Shown piece by piece: positions 53,540 to 61,794 of a stretch of 64,000 bases of DNA (positions within the stretch are counted from its first letter, which is position 1; the number at the start of each line of letters is the position of its first letter). The notes under the pieces are model-generated. The model did no database searches and was not told the DNA's origin. It saw only the letters and a list, made by a program, of their open reading frames with translations. This DNA is from an uncultured Lentimicrobiaceae bacterium (GTDB taxonomy: Bacteria; Bacteroidota; Bacteroidia; Bacteroidales; JAGONC01): the NCBI GenBank assembly GCA_964628285.1, contig CAZVNP010000012.1, positions 726 to 64,725 of the forward strand, in the 5' to 3' direction. Made by a program: the position numbers and the translations under genes.

Positions 53540-54298
53540 ATGAATAGCGATAAAAAGATCAGTGTGGTCGTTGTTGACGACGAAGAGGAAGCCCGGAATA
53601 TTTTGGAGCGGCAACTCATGTCGTTCGACGATATCAAGATCATCGGTAAAGCCTCAGGAGCCGATCCGGCACTGGATATCATAATGAACCAATCCCCTGA
53701 CATTCTGTTTCTTGATATACAGATGCCCGGTAAAGACGGATTCACACTGGTGGAAGACTTACGAAGATACTTAGTCAATACGACGGTTATTTTCGTTACC
53801 GCCTATTCGCAGTATGCTATTCATGCCCTGAAGGTAGCGGCCTTTGATTATTTGCTCAAACCGGTTGTTTTTGAAGAGTTAAAGGAAATCTTGTACCGTT
53901 ATAGGACTGAAAAAAGAATGGAATCGGCGGGGAAAAAGATCGATCATCTGATCGAAACTCTTAACGCAGTGAATAAACTGAAATTCAACACCCGTTCAGG
54001 CTATATCCTGGTGGCTCCGCATAATATTATCTATTGTGAAGCGGATGTCAATTATTCCTGGCTTCATATGGGAAAAGACAGGAAAGAGATCGTCACCGTC
54101 AATATAGGTAAGATTGAAGAAATATTAGCGGATTACAATTTTTACCGTGTCAGCCGATCGGTGTTGATCAATATAGCCTATCTGACCGAAGTCGACCGGA
54201 AATCAAGAACCTGTTTGCTTACTAAGAACAACGAATCATTCCCCATCTATATACCTCCGAACCATATCCGTGAACTGGAAAAATTTATAGGTTCCTGA
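53540..54298 (+). CDS. LytTR-family DNA-binding response regulator
   Basis: 252 aa. The receiver domain has VVVDDEEEA...PDILFLDIQMPGKDG...FVTAY. The LytTR domain has YCEADVNYSWLHM...YRVSRSVLINIAYL. It starts 6 nt after the kinase stop. Confidence 0.9.
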   Translation: MNSDKKISVVVVDDEEEARNILERQLMSFDDIKIIGKASGADPALDIIMNQSPDILFLDIQMPGKDGFTLVEDLRRYLVNTTVIFVTAYSQYAIHALKVAAFDYLLKPVVFEELKEILYRYRTEKRMESAGKKIDHLIETLNAVNKLKFNTRSGYILVAPHNIIYCEADVNYSWLHMGKDRKEIVTVNIGKIEEILADYNFYRVSRSVLINIAYLTEVDRKSRTCLLTKNNESFPIYIPPNHIRELEKFIGS

Positions 54299-54445
54299 TC
54301 CTTACTGACAGGGTTCGTCATGGATTTTCATCATTTGATCATAGATTTGGATGACCTCGTTCAATAAATTTACATTCACTTGATTACGTTGACTTTTTGG
54401 GATTATTTTGCAGGGAAATAATGCTTCTTTTAAGTTTTTTATCAA

Positions 54446-56521
54446 ATGAATCAAAACCACCTGCAAATGAAAAAAATTTACCTTTTATCTGTTTTTATCT
54501 TTTTATTGGTGACGGCCGCTTCGACCCAGGTCATTCCTAACGGCGGATTTGAGTTATGGGAAACCAACGGTGTAGGGGTGTCTGAACCAACTTATTGGGA
54601 ATCAATGAACCTGGCCGATTTCACAAATGTCTTCCAGGAACCGGGCCATAACAGCACTTCAGCGGCGAGGCTGAGTGTGGAGTGGGATAATGCTTTGGAG
54701 ATGTATGTGACCTCTATGCTCTTTTTTGACGGGTATTTCCCGGTTGATAAGCGTTTTACCGAGCTGAGAGGCTACTATAAAGGCACCTCGGTAGGAGGCG
54801 ACTCATTGACCTTCTATGTCGGTATCTATTCACAGGATGTATTAATCGGTTATGGTATGGGTGGTACCAATTCAAGTGCCGGCAACTGGACATCATTCAG
54901 CGTAAGTATTAATTATATGAACAGTAATATCCCCGATAAAGCCTTTGTGGCTATCCATATCCCTCCATATAGCGGCGTTGTGCATGCCGGCACGACATTC
55001 ACCGTCGACGATCTGGATTTATACGAGGGGACGGGCCCTAATGCCCCGGTGTTGGTGAGTGCCGCTACCAACACTGCAGGCGATCAAGTGGAGATGAACT
55101 TTAACGAAGCCATGGCTGACCCTGCAGGCAGCCAATGCCAGTTTACGATTACCCATAACGGCAGCAACATAACACCTACGGCGGCTGCATTGAAGAATGG
55201 TTTTCCACAAACAATCCTGCTTACACTTGGCACTAATTTACAGGCAGGTGAATTATTGACAGCCGGTTATGCTGCCGGATCAGTAACCTCGGCGCAGGGT
55301 ATGCCATTGGCTTCTTTTTCTGATTTCCCAGTGACCAATAATACGGGGGGGACGGCTCAGTATGAATGGATACCTGTCGCCAGCAACACCATCAATAACC
55401 TTTGGAGCGTCTATTTCACCGATGCCGGCAACGGATGGGTGGCAGGCGAGTGGGCCACGGCTCTTCACTCGGTCAATGGTGGCAAGGACTGGTCCCAGCA
55501 AAACATCTGTGCGGAAACTCATTTCCTTTCCGTCCACGCGACCACGGTTTCCAAAGTTTATCTTGCCAGTATGGATAATGTCTATGCAAGCAATGACGCT
55601 GGTGCTAATTGGACACCAAAGTTTACCAATACGTCGAATACCTATTTCCTGGATCTGTTTTTCCTGAACCAGTCCACTGCCTGGACCGTAGGTAATTTTG
55701 TCACTGTCGACAAAACGACGGACGGCGGCGATACCTGGAATCTGGTCGGCATCACCGGTTTTTCACCCTGCGACTTTACCTCCGTTCATTTCCGTGACGC
55801 CAGCAACGGCTGGGCTGTGGGTGACTGCGGCGTAGCAGCCTGCTCATCGAATGGCGGAGTCAACTGGGACGGCGGTGAGTTTTATTTCAGTACCATGGCT
55901 AACTTTAAAAGCATCTTTTTCATCAATTCCGACATCGGTTGGATCGTGGGCGACTCGGGCATCGTGATGAAAACAACCAATGGCGGCGGTTTCTGGAACA
56001 GGATTGAAACCGATCAGGATTATTTTCTGAACGGTGTCATCTTCATCGATGCCAATACGGGATGGGCTGCTGGCGATAACGGCCTGATCATAAAAAGCAC
56101 CGACGGCGGCTTGACATGGACGGAGGAGGTCAGCCACACCACTAACAAGCTGCGCTGCATCTATTTTATTCCTTCCGGTCTGGGATGGGCCGTGGGCGAT
56201 AACGGCACCATCCTGAGATACGCTTCCAGCGGCACAGGTTATGGTAATATAGCCAATCAATCATTAAACACCCTGCATATTTATCCTAACCCTTCGGCCG
56301 GTCATTCTGTAGTAGCATTCCAACTTAGTGAAAACGATCACATCACACTGGATATTACCGACGTGACAGGGAAGGTTGTGGAAGTGATCACTTCAGGCCA
56401 TCTCGCAAAAGGAGATTACAAGTATAATATGGATAGCTCCGGCCTGGAGAATGGCTTGTACTTCTGCAGGTTGATATCGGATCATCAGATCGTAAGAGAA
56501 CCCTTTATCGTCAATAAATAG
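54446..56521 (+). CDS. Secreted protein: N-terminal jelly-roll-like domain, Ig-like domain, Ycf48/BNR-like beta-propeller, T9SS CTD
   Basis: 691 aa. An alternative start at 54467 gives MKKIYLLSVFIFLLVTAAS. The N-terminal part contains IPNGGFELWE. Propeller boxes are SVNGGKDWS, SNDAGANWT, TTDGGDTWN, SSNGGVNWD, TTNGGGFWN and STDGGLTWT. The CTD reads LHIYPNPSAGHSVVAF...GLYFCRL. Confidence 0.8.
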   Translation: MNQNHLQMKKIYLLSVFIFLLVTAASTQVIPNGGFELWETNGVGVSEPTYWESMNLADFTNVFQEPGHNSTSAARLSVEWDNALEMYVTSMLFFDGYFPVDKRFTELRGYYKGTSVGGDSLTFYVGIYSQDVLIGYGMGGTNSSAGNWTSFSVSINYMNSNIPDKAFVAIHIPPYSGVVHAGTTFTVDDLDLYEGTGPNAPVLVSAATNTAGDQVEMNFNEAMADPAGSQCQFTITHNGSNITPTAAALKNGFPQTILLTLGTNLQAGELLTAGYAAGSVTSAQGMPLASFSDFPVTNNTGGTAQYEWIPVASNTINNLWSVYFTDAGNGWVAGEWATALHSVNGGKDWSQQNICAETHFLSVHATTVSKVYLASMDNVYASNDAGANWTPKFTNTSNTYFLDLFFLNQSTAWTVGNFVTVDKTTDGGDTWNLVGITGFSPCDFTSVHFRDASNGWAVGDCGVAACSSNGGVNWDGGEFYFSTMANFKSIFFINSDIGWIVGDSGIVMKTTNGGGFWNRIETDQDYFLNGVIFIDANTGWAAGDNGLIIKSTDGGLTWTEEVSHTTNKLRCIYFIPSGLGWAVGDNGTILRYASSGTGYGNIANQSLNTLHIYPNPSAGHSVVAFQLSENDHITLDITDVTGKVVEVITSGHLAKGDYKYNMDSSGLENGLYFCRLISDHQIVREPFIVNK

Positions 56522-56547
56522 GTCCATTCTGCATTTTGGTTTAAGGT

Positions 56548-56576
56548 GGCCCTGCCTGATAAGACAGGGCCTTTTT
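56548..56576 (+). terminator. Intrinsic terminator
   Basis: GGCCCTG-CCTGATAAGA-CAGGGCC forms a perfect 7-bp GC-rich stem followed by TTTTT. It begins 27 nt after the stop at 56521. Confidence 0.6.
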
Positions 56577-56748
56577 GACGGATTGGAAAGGAGCGGGTGG
56601 CAGAATTCAAGGTGGTCAGGATAGACGTCGACCTTAAAAAATGGCAATTATGACCTGGCTGAAAATGTAAAATTCATCTTAATTGGCTTAAGCTGGATAA
56701 TTCCTTAATGAAAATCATATGTATCACCAATTAAAAAAACACTTTACC

Positions 56749-57861
56749 ATGAAAAAAGTATATTTTCCTGCAAGAACGGCTTTATTATTTTCAGCGATTG
56801 CCTCGATCTGTATAATATCAGGCTGTAAAAAGGACGATGATAAGAACGGACCCGATGTCCAGACCAAAGATCCTGTATGGGTATACTATACCGGTGAAAA
56901 CCCTTATGGTTCCACACCATGGGTCGCCGGTACACAACTACTTGTTTGCAGCCGGCAGGAAAATCAGTCGGACCTTGGCACTGTCCATTGCATTAATGCG
57001 GCCACTGGTGCTTTGGTTTGGAAAATGACCGATTCGACGGTGACGCGCACAAGCCCGGTGGTGTGCAATGATTATGTTATTTACTGCGGCTATAATGTCC
57101 ATGCCCTGAACTTGAGCGACGGCCACCACGAATGGGATTACAAAGATGATCTGATGCATCTGTTACTTTACTCTTCACCGTCGCTCGACGGCGGATATGT
57201 TTACACCGGTTCTCAGATGAGCATGTTGAAACTCGATGCCACCATCGGTGCGCTGACCTGGGAGAACGTGGATGAATCCTGTATAAATACCGCTTTGCCT
57301 GCTCCTTTTATCGAAAGCGGAAAGGTGTACTATGCCACCTTATTGGGACATATACTTCAATATGATGCCGTGACAGGGAACCTCGATTGGCATCTGGAAT
57401 TGGGTTCAGCCTTTGAGAATGCCCCGGTGGTGTGCGCCAACAGGATGTATGTTGGCCTTCATGAAACCGATACGGCAAAAAACTCCCTTTTCTGCTATCT
57501 TCTGGGCGGCAGCACTCCTGTCTGGTCAAAGAAAATAGGTCAGGTCATTCCCGATATGACCTGTGAAGGCGGCTGGTTGTATGTTGTCGGTGATCAGACG
57601 CTCTATTGTCTGTCGGCTGCCGATGGAACCGAACGGTGGCATTATGTGATGCCGGCGGGTTCCATTGCCCGGCCCGCCATCGCCGGCGGCAAAGTGTATA
57701 TAGGTAATGGAGACAATCTGTTGTGCCTCGACGTTGCAACAGGTGAGCCGGTATGGAGCTACACTTCCGTCGGTAAATACGGCTTCAGCAGCACCGCCAT
57801 CAACGGCGATAGACTGTATGTGTCATGCGGCGACGGTAATGTCTGTTGCTTCACCCTCTAA
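56749..57861 (+). CDS. PQQ-like (BamB-type) beta-propeller lipoprotein
   Basis: The ORF opens at 56719. The canonical lipoprotein signal MKKVYFPARTALLFSAIASICIISGC starts at 56749. It has repeated G-x-hydrophobic-Y-hydrophobic-G...L-x-A-hydrophobic-D/N-x-x-T/D-G-x-x-x-W blades (INAATGALVWK, LDATIGALTWE, YDAVTGNLDWH, LSAADGTERWH, LDVATGEPVWS). Confidence 0.75.
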   Translation: MKKVYFPARTALLFSAIASICIISGCKKDDDKNGPDVQTKDPVWVYYTGENPYGSTPWVAGTQLLVCSRQENQSDLGTVHCINAATGALVWKMTDSTVTRTSPVVCNDYVIYCGYNVHALNLSDGHHEWDYKDDLMHLLLYSSPSLDGGYVYTGSQMSMLKLDATIGALTWENVDESCINTALPAPFIESGKVYYATLLGHILQYDAVTGNLDWHLELGSAFENAPVVCANRMYVGLHETDTAKNSLFCYLLGGSTPVWSKKIGQVIPDMTCEGGWLYVVGDQTLYCLSAADGTERWHYVMPAGSIARPAIAGGKVYIGNGDNLLCLDVATGEPVWSYTSVGKYGFSSTAINGDRLYVSCGDGNVCCFTL

Positions 57862-57934
57862 CCGGTTTAAAAATATATCGAACGTCGAACATCTTACCTC
57901 GTCCAATCATTTTACTTCGCATTACACGAAGCCC

Positions 57935-57986
57935 CACGAAGAAGACACGAAGCAATGGAGCCATTGAGCCATTGAGCAATTGAACC
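57935..57986 (+). repeat. Dispersed direct repeat, family B, copy 2 (with a short internal CCATTGAG duplication)
   Basis: CACGAAGAAGACACGAAGCAATGGAGCCATTGAGC (57935-57969) matches 50167-50201 at 32 of 35 positions. It continues as CATTGAGCAATTGAACC. Confidence 0.8.
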
Positions 57987-58055
57987 TCATCTCCCTGCAT
58001 CACGGATAAGAATTTTTTCGTATATTGCCCTTTTAATCCTTAAAACAAAATATCC

Positions 58056-59270
58056 ATGAAGAAATCCACTATTTTCTCGGTCATCATGGCCGTCGTTCTG
58101 CTTTTCGCGGCCTGCCAAAGAAAAAAAACGGAGACGCCTGTCACTCTCAGGAATGTCACAGGTGACATCGAACAGGTGCTCCATCAGATGGATACCACCA
58201 TGAGTGCCATGACAAAACAACTGGCACAGGTGCCCGTTTTATCCGTGCAGGCACGTCATATCTTAAAAGATCATTTTGGCACGATACCTTCTGTCATCGA
58301 GCTGGCCATCACCACACCCGAAGGTATTCTCAGCGTGATTGAACCGGCCGTTTACCAAAGCTCCGAAGGCAGCGATATCAGCGGTCAGGCACACATCGTC
58401 AGGGTGAAGGAGACTCATAAACCGGTATTGAGTGTGGCTTTTCATGCCGTAGAGGGCTTCCAGGCCGTCGTTCTCGCCTGGCCCATCCTGACGCCCGACA
58501 ACCGGCTCAAGGGCATCGCCACCATGCTTATACGACCCGAGGTCTTCCTGAAAAATATCATCACCCCGGTTATCGAAGGTATACCGGTCGACATCTGGGT
58601 GATGCAGAAAGACGGCGTCATCCTGTATGACATCGACGCCATAGAGATCGGCCGCAATCTCTTCACCGATCCCATGTACCAGGCCTATACCGAGTCGCTG
58701 AAGGTAGCCAAAAGGATCGCCGACGAAGAGAAAGGCCGGTCCGAATACGTGTATCTGGGCACGGGGATGAAAGACACGGTCACCAACCGGGCTTACTGGA
58801 CGACTATCGATACTTATGGTAACCAGTGGAAGGTGGTCATGATAAGACCTCTGGGCGAGCATGAGGTGAAGCGAACCCCGGCGGCGTTGGGATTGCGCGG
58901 CGCCGGCGACAGGCTGATGGAGATGGCTCAGGATACCAGTTTCATCGCTAAGCTGTCACGTGACGACAAAGATGCGGTGATGAGCGATTTCAGGACTTTT
59001 TACGACACCTATCCGGTCTATGCCGTTGAGTATGTCGATTCGTCCGTGGTGGTCCGCTACGGTTATCCTGAACAACAAAGCCTGAAGGAATACAAGATAG
59101 CTGCTGATAACGAAACGGAAAAGGACTTTTATAATACGGTCGTGAGCCGCAAGGTAGGCACCTTCAGGCAAACACTTCTGGAAGGAAATACCGGCATTTT
59201 CACCTGCGTCCCGGTGTTCGACCGGGGAAGGTATCTGGGGATGATCTATTTTATCACCGTGGAACCGTGA
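58056..59270 (+). CDS. Lipoprotein with Cache/PAS-like extracytoplasmic sensor fold and no output domain
   Basis: 404 aa with lipobox LLFAAC. A long N-terminal helix is followed by segments typical of Cache modules (TTPEGILSVIEP...GSDISGQAHI...KPVLS...VLAWPI...LKGIATMLI...WVMQKDGVILYD). A second PAS-like module lies at the C-terminus. The fold call is by eye only. Confidence 0.55.
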   Translation: MKKSTIFSVIMAVVLLFAACQRKKTETPVTLRNVTGDIEQVLHQMDTTMSAMTKQLAQVPVLSVQARHILKDHFGTIPSVIELAITTPEGILSVIEPAVYQSSEGSDISGQAHIVRVKETHKPVLSVAFHAVEGFQAVVLAWPILTPDNRLKGIATMLIRPEVFLKNIITPVIEGIPVDIWVMQKDGVILYDIDAIEIGRNLFTDPMYQAYTESLKVAKRIADEEKGRSEYVYLGTGMKDTVTNRAYWTTIDTYGNQWKVVMIRPLGEHEVKRTPAALGLRGAGDRLMEMAQDTSFIAKLSRDDKDAVMSDFRTFYDTYPVYAVEYVDSSVVVRYGYPEQQSLKEYKIAADNETEKDFYNTVVSRKVGTFRQTLLEGNTGIFTCVPVFDRGRYLGMIYFITVEP

Positions 59271-59286
59271 TTTAATTGGCAGTCCA

Positions 59287-59396
59287 CACCTCATCCCCCG
59301 GCCCCTTCTCCTGAAGGAGAAGGGGCGATCGTTGCAAGCCCCTCTCCTTTAGGAGAGAGCCTGTCCCGCTGAAAAGCGGGAGGTTGGGGTGAGGTG
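59287..59396. repeat. Nested-hairpin intergenic element (family C)
   Basis: The outer stem CACCTCATCCCC (59287-98) / GGGGTGAGGTG (59386-96) encloses three hairpins. One is a perfect 10-bp hairpin CCCCTTCTCC-TGAA-GGAGAAGGGG (59302-59325). The others are CTCTCC-TTTA-GGAGAG and TCCCGC-TGAAAA-GCGGGA. Confidence 0.8.
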
Positions 59397-59466
59397 CATT
59401 AAAACTTTCTTCTTTTCCGATTCATGAAAATTCTTATTTTACCGTAAAAGATACTGCCATTGTTTA

Positions 59467-59474
59467 TACTTTTG
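59467..59474 (+). promoter_or_regulatory. Putative -7 promoter box (TAnnTTTG)
   Basis: TACTTTTG, 67 nt upstream of the rnfB GTG at 59542. Confidence 0.35.
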
Positions 59475-59541
59475 CCACCGCTATTGTGAAATAAATAACA
59501 TTACTTTCTGTCTTATTTTCGAACCTGAAAGGAGTGATGCG

Positions 59542-60417
59542 GTGTCGGGTACATTGATTTTTGCTGTAACCGTTTTAGGCTCTCTTGGCATTCTGGCGGC
59601 CGTCATTTTGTATTTTGTAGCGCGGAAGTTTAAGGTCATTGAAGATCCGAACATTGACCGTGTGGCTGCCGAGCTGCCGGGTGCCAACTGTGGTGCCTGC
59701 GGTTATGCCGGGTGCCGTAATTTTGCCGAAGCCATAGTGGCTGCCGGCACCCTTGACGGTTTTTTCTGTCCTGTCGGCGGTAACACGGTGATGAAAAATG
59801 CCGGCGCCATCCTGGGTCTGGAAGCCGTGGCGGTGACACCGCAGATGGCCGTCGTGCGCTGCAACGGCTCCTTTGCTCATGCACCTCAGAAAGTTCGATT
59901 CGACGGTGCCCGCACATGTGCCTTCGCCCATGCCCTTTATGCCGGCGAGAGCGGCTGCCCGCACGGATGCCTCGGCCTGGGCGACTGTGTAAGAGCCTGC
60001 ACCTTCGACGCCATGTTCATGGATGAGGAAACGGGCCTGCCGGTGGTCATAGAGGATAAGTGTGTGGCCTGCGGTGCCTGCGTCAAGGCATGTCCCAGAG
60101 GTATCATCGAGATGCGAAACAAAGGTCCGAAGAATAGGAGGATATACGTGTCATGCATCAACGAGGAGAAAGGCAGCGTGGCCAGGAAAAACTGCAGCGT
60201 CGCCTGCACAGGTTGCGGCGCCTGCGTCAAGGTGTGCAAATTTGACGCCATCACTTTGGACAATAACCTGGCGTACATTGACTTTAAAAAATGCACCCTG
60301 TGCCGTAAGTGCGTGACGGAGTGCCCTACCGATGCCATCGTGGAGATCAACCTGCCACCGCGGAAAGAGAGAAATCAAGGCAGGGAATTGGAAGAAAATA
60401 TAGTGCAAACATTATAA
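59542..60417 (+). CDS. rnfB: Rnf electron transport complex subunit B
   Basis: 291 aa with a GTG start. It has an N-terminal TM segment, LPGANCGACGYAGCRNFAEAIV, and several CxxCxxCxxxC(P) ferredoxin clusters (CVACGACVKACP, CTGCGACVKVCK, CTLCRKCVTECP). Confidence 0.9.
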   Translation: MSGTLIFAVTVLGSLGILAAVILYFVARKFKVIEDPNIDRVAAELPGANCGACGYAGCRNFAEAIVAAGTLDGFFCPVGGNTVMKNAGAILGLEAVAVTPQMAVVRCNGSFAHAPQKVRFDGARTCAFAHALYAGESGCPHGCLGLGDCVRACTFDAMFMDEETGLPVVIEDKCVACGACVKACPRGIIEMRNKGPKNRRIYVSCINEEKGSVARKNCSVACTGCGACVKVCKFDAITLDNNLAYIDFKKCTLCRKCVTECPTDAIVEINLPPRKERNQGRELEENIVQTL

Positions 60418-60459
60418 GCGAGGTGGAGCATAACGGTTATTATATCAGGAGGACTAATT

Positions 60460-61791
60460 GTGAGGACATTCAGACTGGGGGGCGTTCATCCCGAAGAAAA
60501 TAAACTGTCGGCCGGCCGGCCCATTGAAGTGTTGCCCTTGCCGTCGAAAGTTTTTATTCCGGTATCGCAGAGCATGGGAGCCCCGGCAAAGGTGAAGGTG
60601 AAAAAGGGCGACAGGGTTGTGGTGGGTCAGCTCATTGCCAGGGGCGAGGCGTTCATCTCTTCCAATGTCCACTCCTCCGTGTCGGGCGTCGTCGCCAGGA
60701 TAGATCATGTCACCGAACAGAGCGGCTACAGGAAAGAAGCCGTCATCATCGACGTGGAAGGCGATGTGTGGGACGAGGCCATCGACCGGAGTCCCGCCAT
60801 AGACCGGGAGATCAGGCATACCCCCAAAGAGATCGTCGACCGCATTTTTCAGGCGGGTGTGGTGGGCATGGGCGGCGCCACCTTCCCCTCGCATGTCAAG
60901 CTGATGGTGCCAGACGGCAAGAAAGCCGAAATGCTCATCATCAACGGGGTGGAATGCGAGCCTTATCTCACTGCCGACCACCGGTTGATGCTCGAAAAAG
61001 GAGAGGAGATACTCATCGGAGCGACGCTGATGATGAGGGGTCTGGGCGTTAAGACATGCATAGTAGGCATTGAAAATAACAAGCCTAATGCCATCGCACA
61101 TATGAGTCGACTGGCTGTGGATTTTGAAGGCATCGAGGTGCAGCCTCTGAGGGTCAAATACCCCCAGGGTGGTGAGAAGCAGCTCATCCAGGCGCTCACA
61201 GGGCGTGAGGTACCTTCGGGCAGGCTGCCGGTGGAGGTGGGCTGCGTCGTCCATAACGTGGGAACGGCCTATGCCGTTTACGAGGCCGTACAGAAGAACA
61301 AGCCGTTGTTCGAGAGGGTCGTAACCGTCACCGGCCGCCGGTTAAAACAGCCCTCCAATTTCTGGGTGAGGATAGGCACCCCGGTGTCGGCACTGCTGGA
61401 AGCTGTGGGCGGTGTACCTGGTGACACGGGTAAGATCATCAGCGGTGGCCCCATGATGGGTAAAGCCCTCACCATGACCGACGTCCCTGTCGTCAAGGGC
61501 TCCTCGGGCATCCTGGTGCTGCCGGCACAGGAGTCACAACGGATGAGCGTACGCCCCTGCATACGCTGTGCACGCTGCCTCAGGGCGTGCCCAATGGGTC
61601 TGCAGCCTTATCTTCTCGCGCAACTGGTGGAACATAAGGAATATGAAAGGGCCGGGAGAGAAAGGGTCATGGATTGCATCGAGTGCGGCTCATGTCATTA
61701 TACCTGCCCTTCCGGCCGTCCTTTGCTCGATTATATCAGGGTGGGTAAGATAACGGTGGGTCAGATCATGCGTAGAAGAATAAAGAATTAG
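60460..61791 (+). CDS. rnfC: Rnf electron transport complex subunit C
   Basis: 443 aa with a GTG start. It has FRLGGVHPEENK, GMGGATFPSHVKL, INGVECEPYLTAD and two 4Fe-4S motifs (CIRCARCLRACP, CIECGSCHYTCP). Confidence 0.9.
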   Translation: MRTFRLGGVHPEENKLSAGRPIEVLPLPSKVFIPVSQSMGAPAKVKVKKGDRVVVGQLIARGEAFISSNVHSSVSGVVARIDHVTEQSGYRKEAVIIDVEGDVWDEAIDRSPAIDREIRHTPKEIVDRIFQAGVVGMGGATFPSHVKLMVPDGKKAEMLIINGVECEPYLTADHRLMLEKGEEILIGATLMMRGLGVKTCIVGIENNKPNAIAHMSRLAVDFEGIEVQPLRVKYPQGGEKQLIQALTGREVPSGRLPVEVGCVVHNVGTAYAVYEAVQKNKPLFERVVTVTGRRLKQPSNFWVRIGTPVSALLEAVGGVPGDTGKIISGGPMMGKALTMTDVPVVKGSSGILVLPAQESQRMSVRPCIRCARCLRACPMGLQPYLLAQLVEHKEYERAGRERVMDCIECGSCHYTCPSGRPLLDYIRVGKITVGQIMRRRIKN

Positions 61792-61794
61792 TCC

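Noticed and set aside
54299-54445. Search for LytTR-type direct-repeat boxes upstream of the gene that follows the response regulator.
   Set aside because: I found only a weak pair, ATTTGAT / ATTTGGAT, 12 nt apart at about 54338-54357. That does not fit the 9-bp repeats with 12-13-nt spacers known for AgrA/AlgR-type regulators, and it is too short to distinguish from chance.
60454-61254. 266-aa ORF antisense to rnfC.
   Set aside because: It is a shadow frame opposite a clearly identified rnfC and has no family features.
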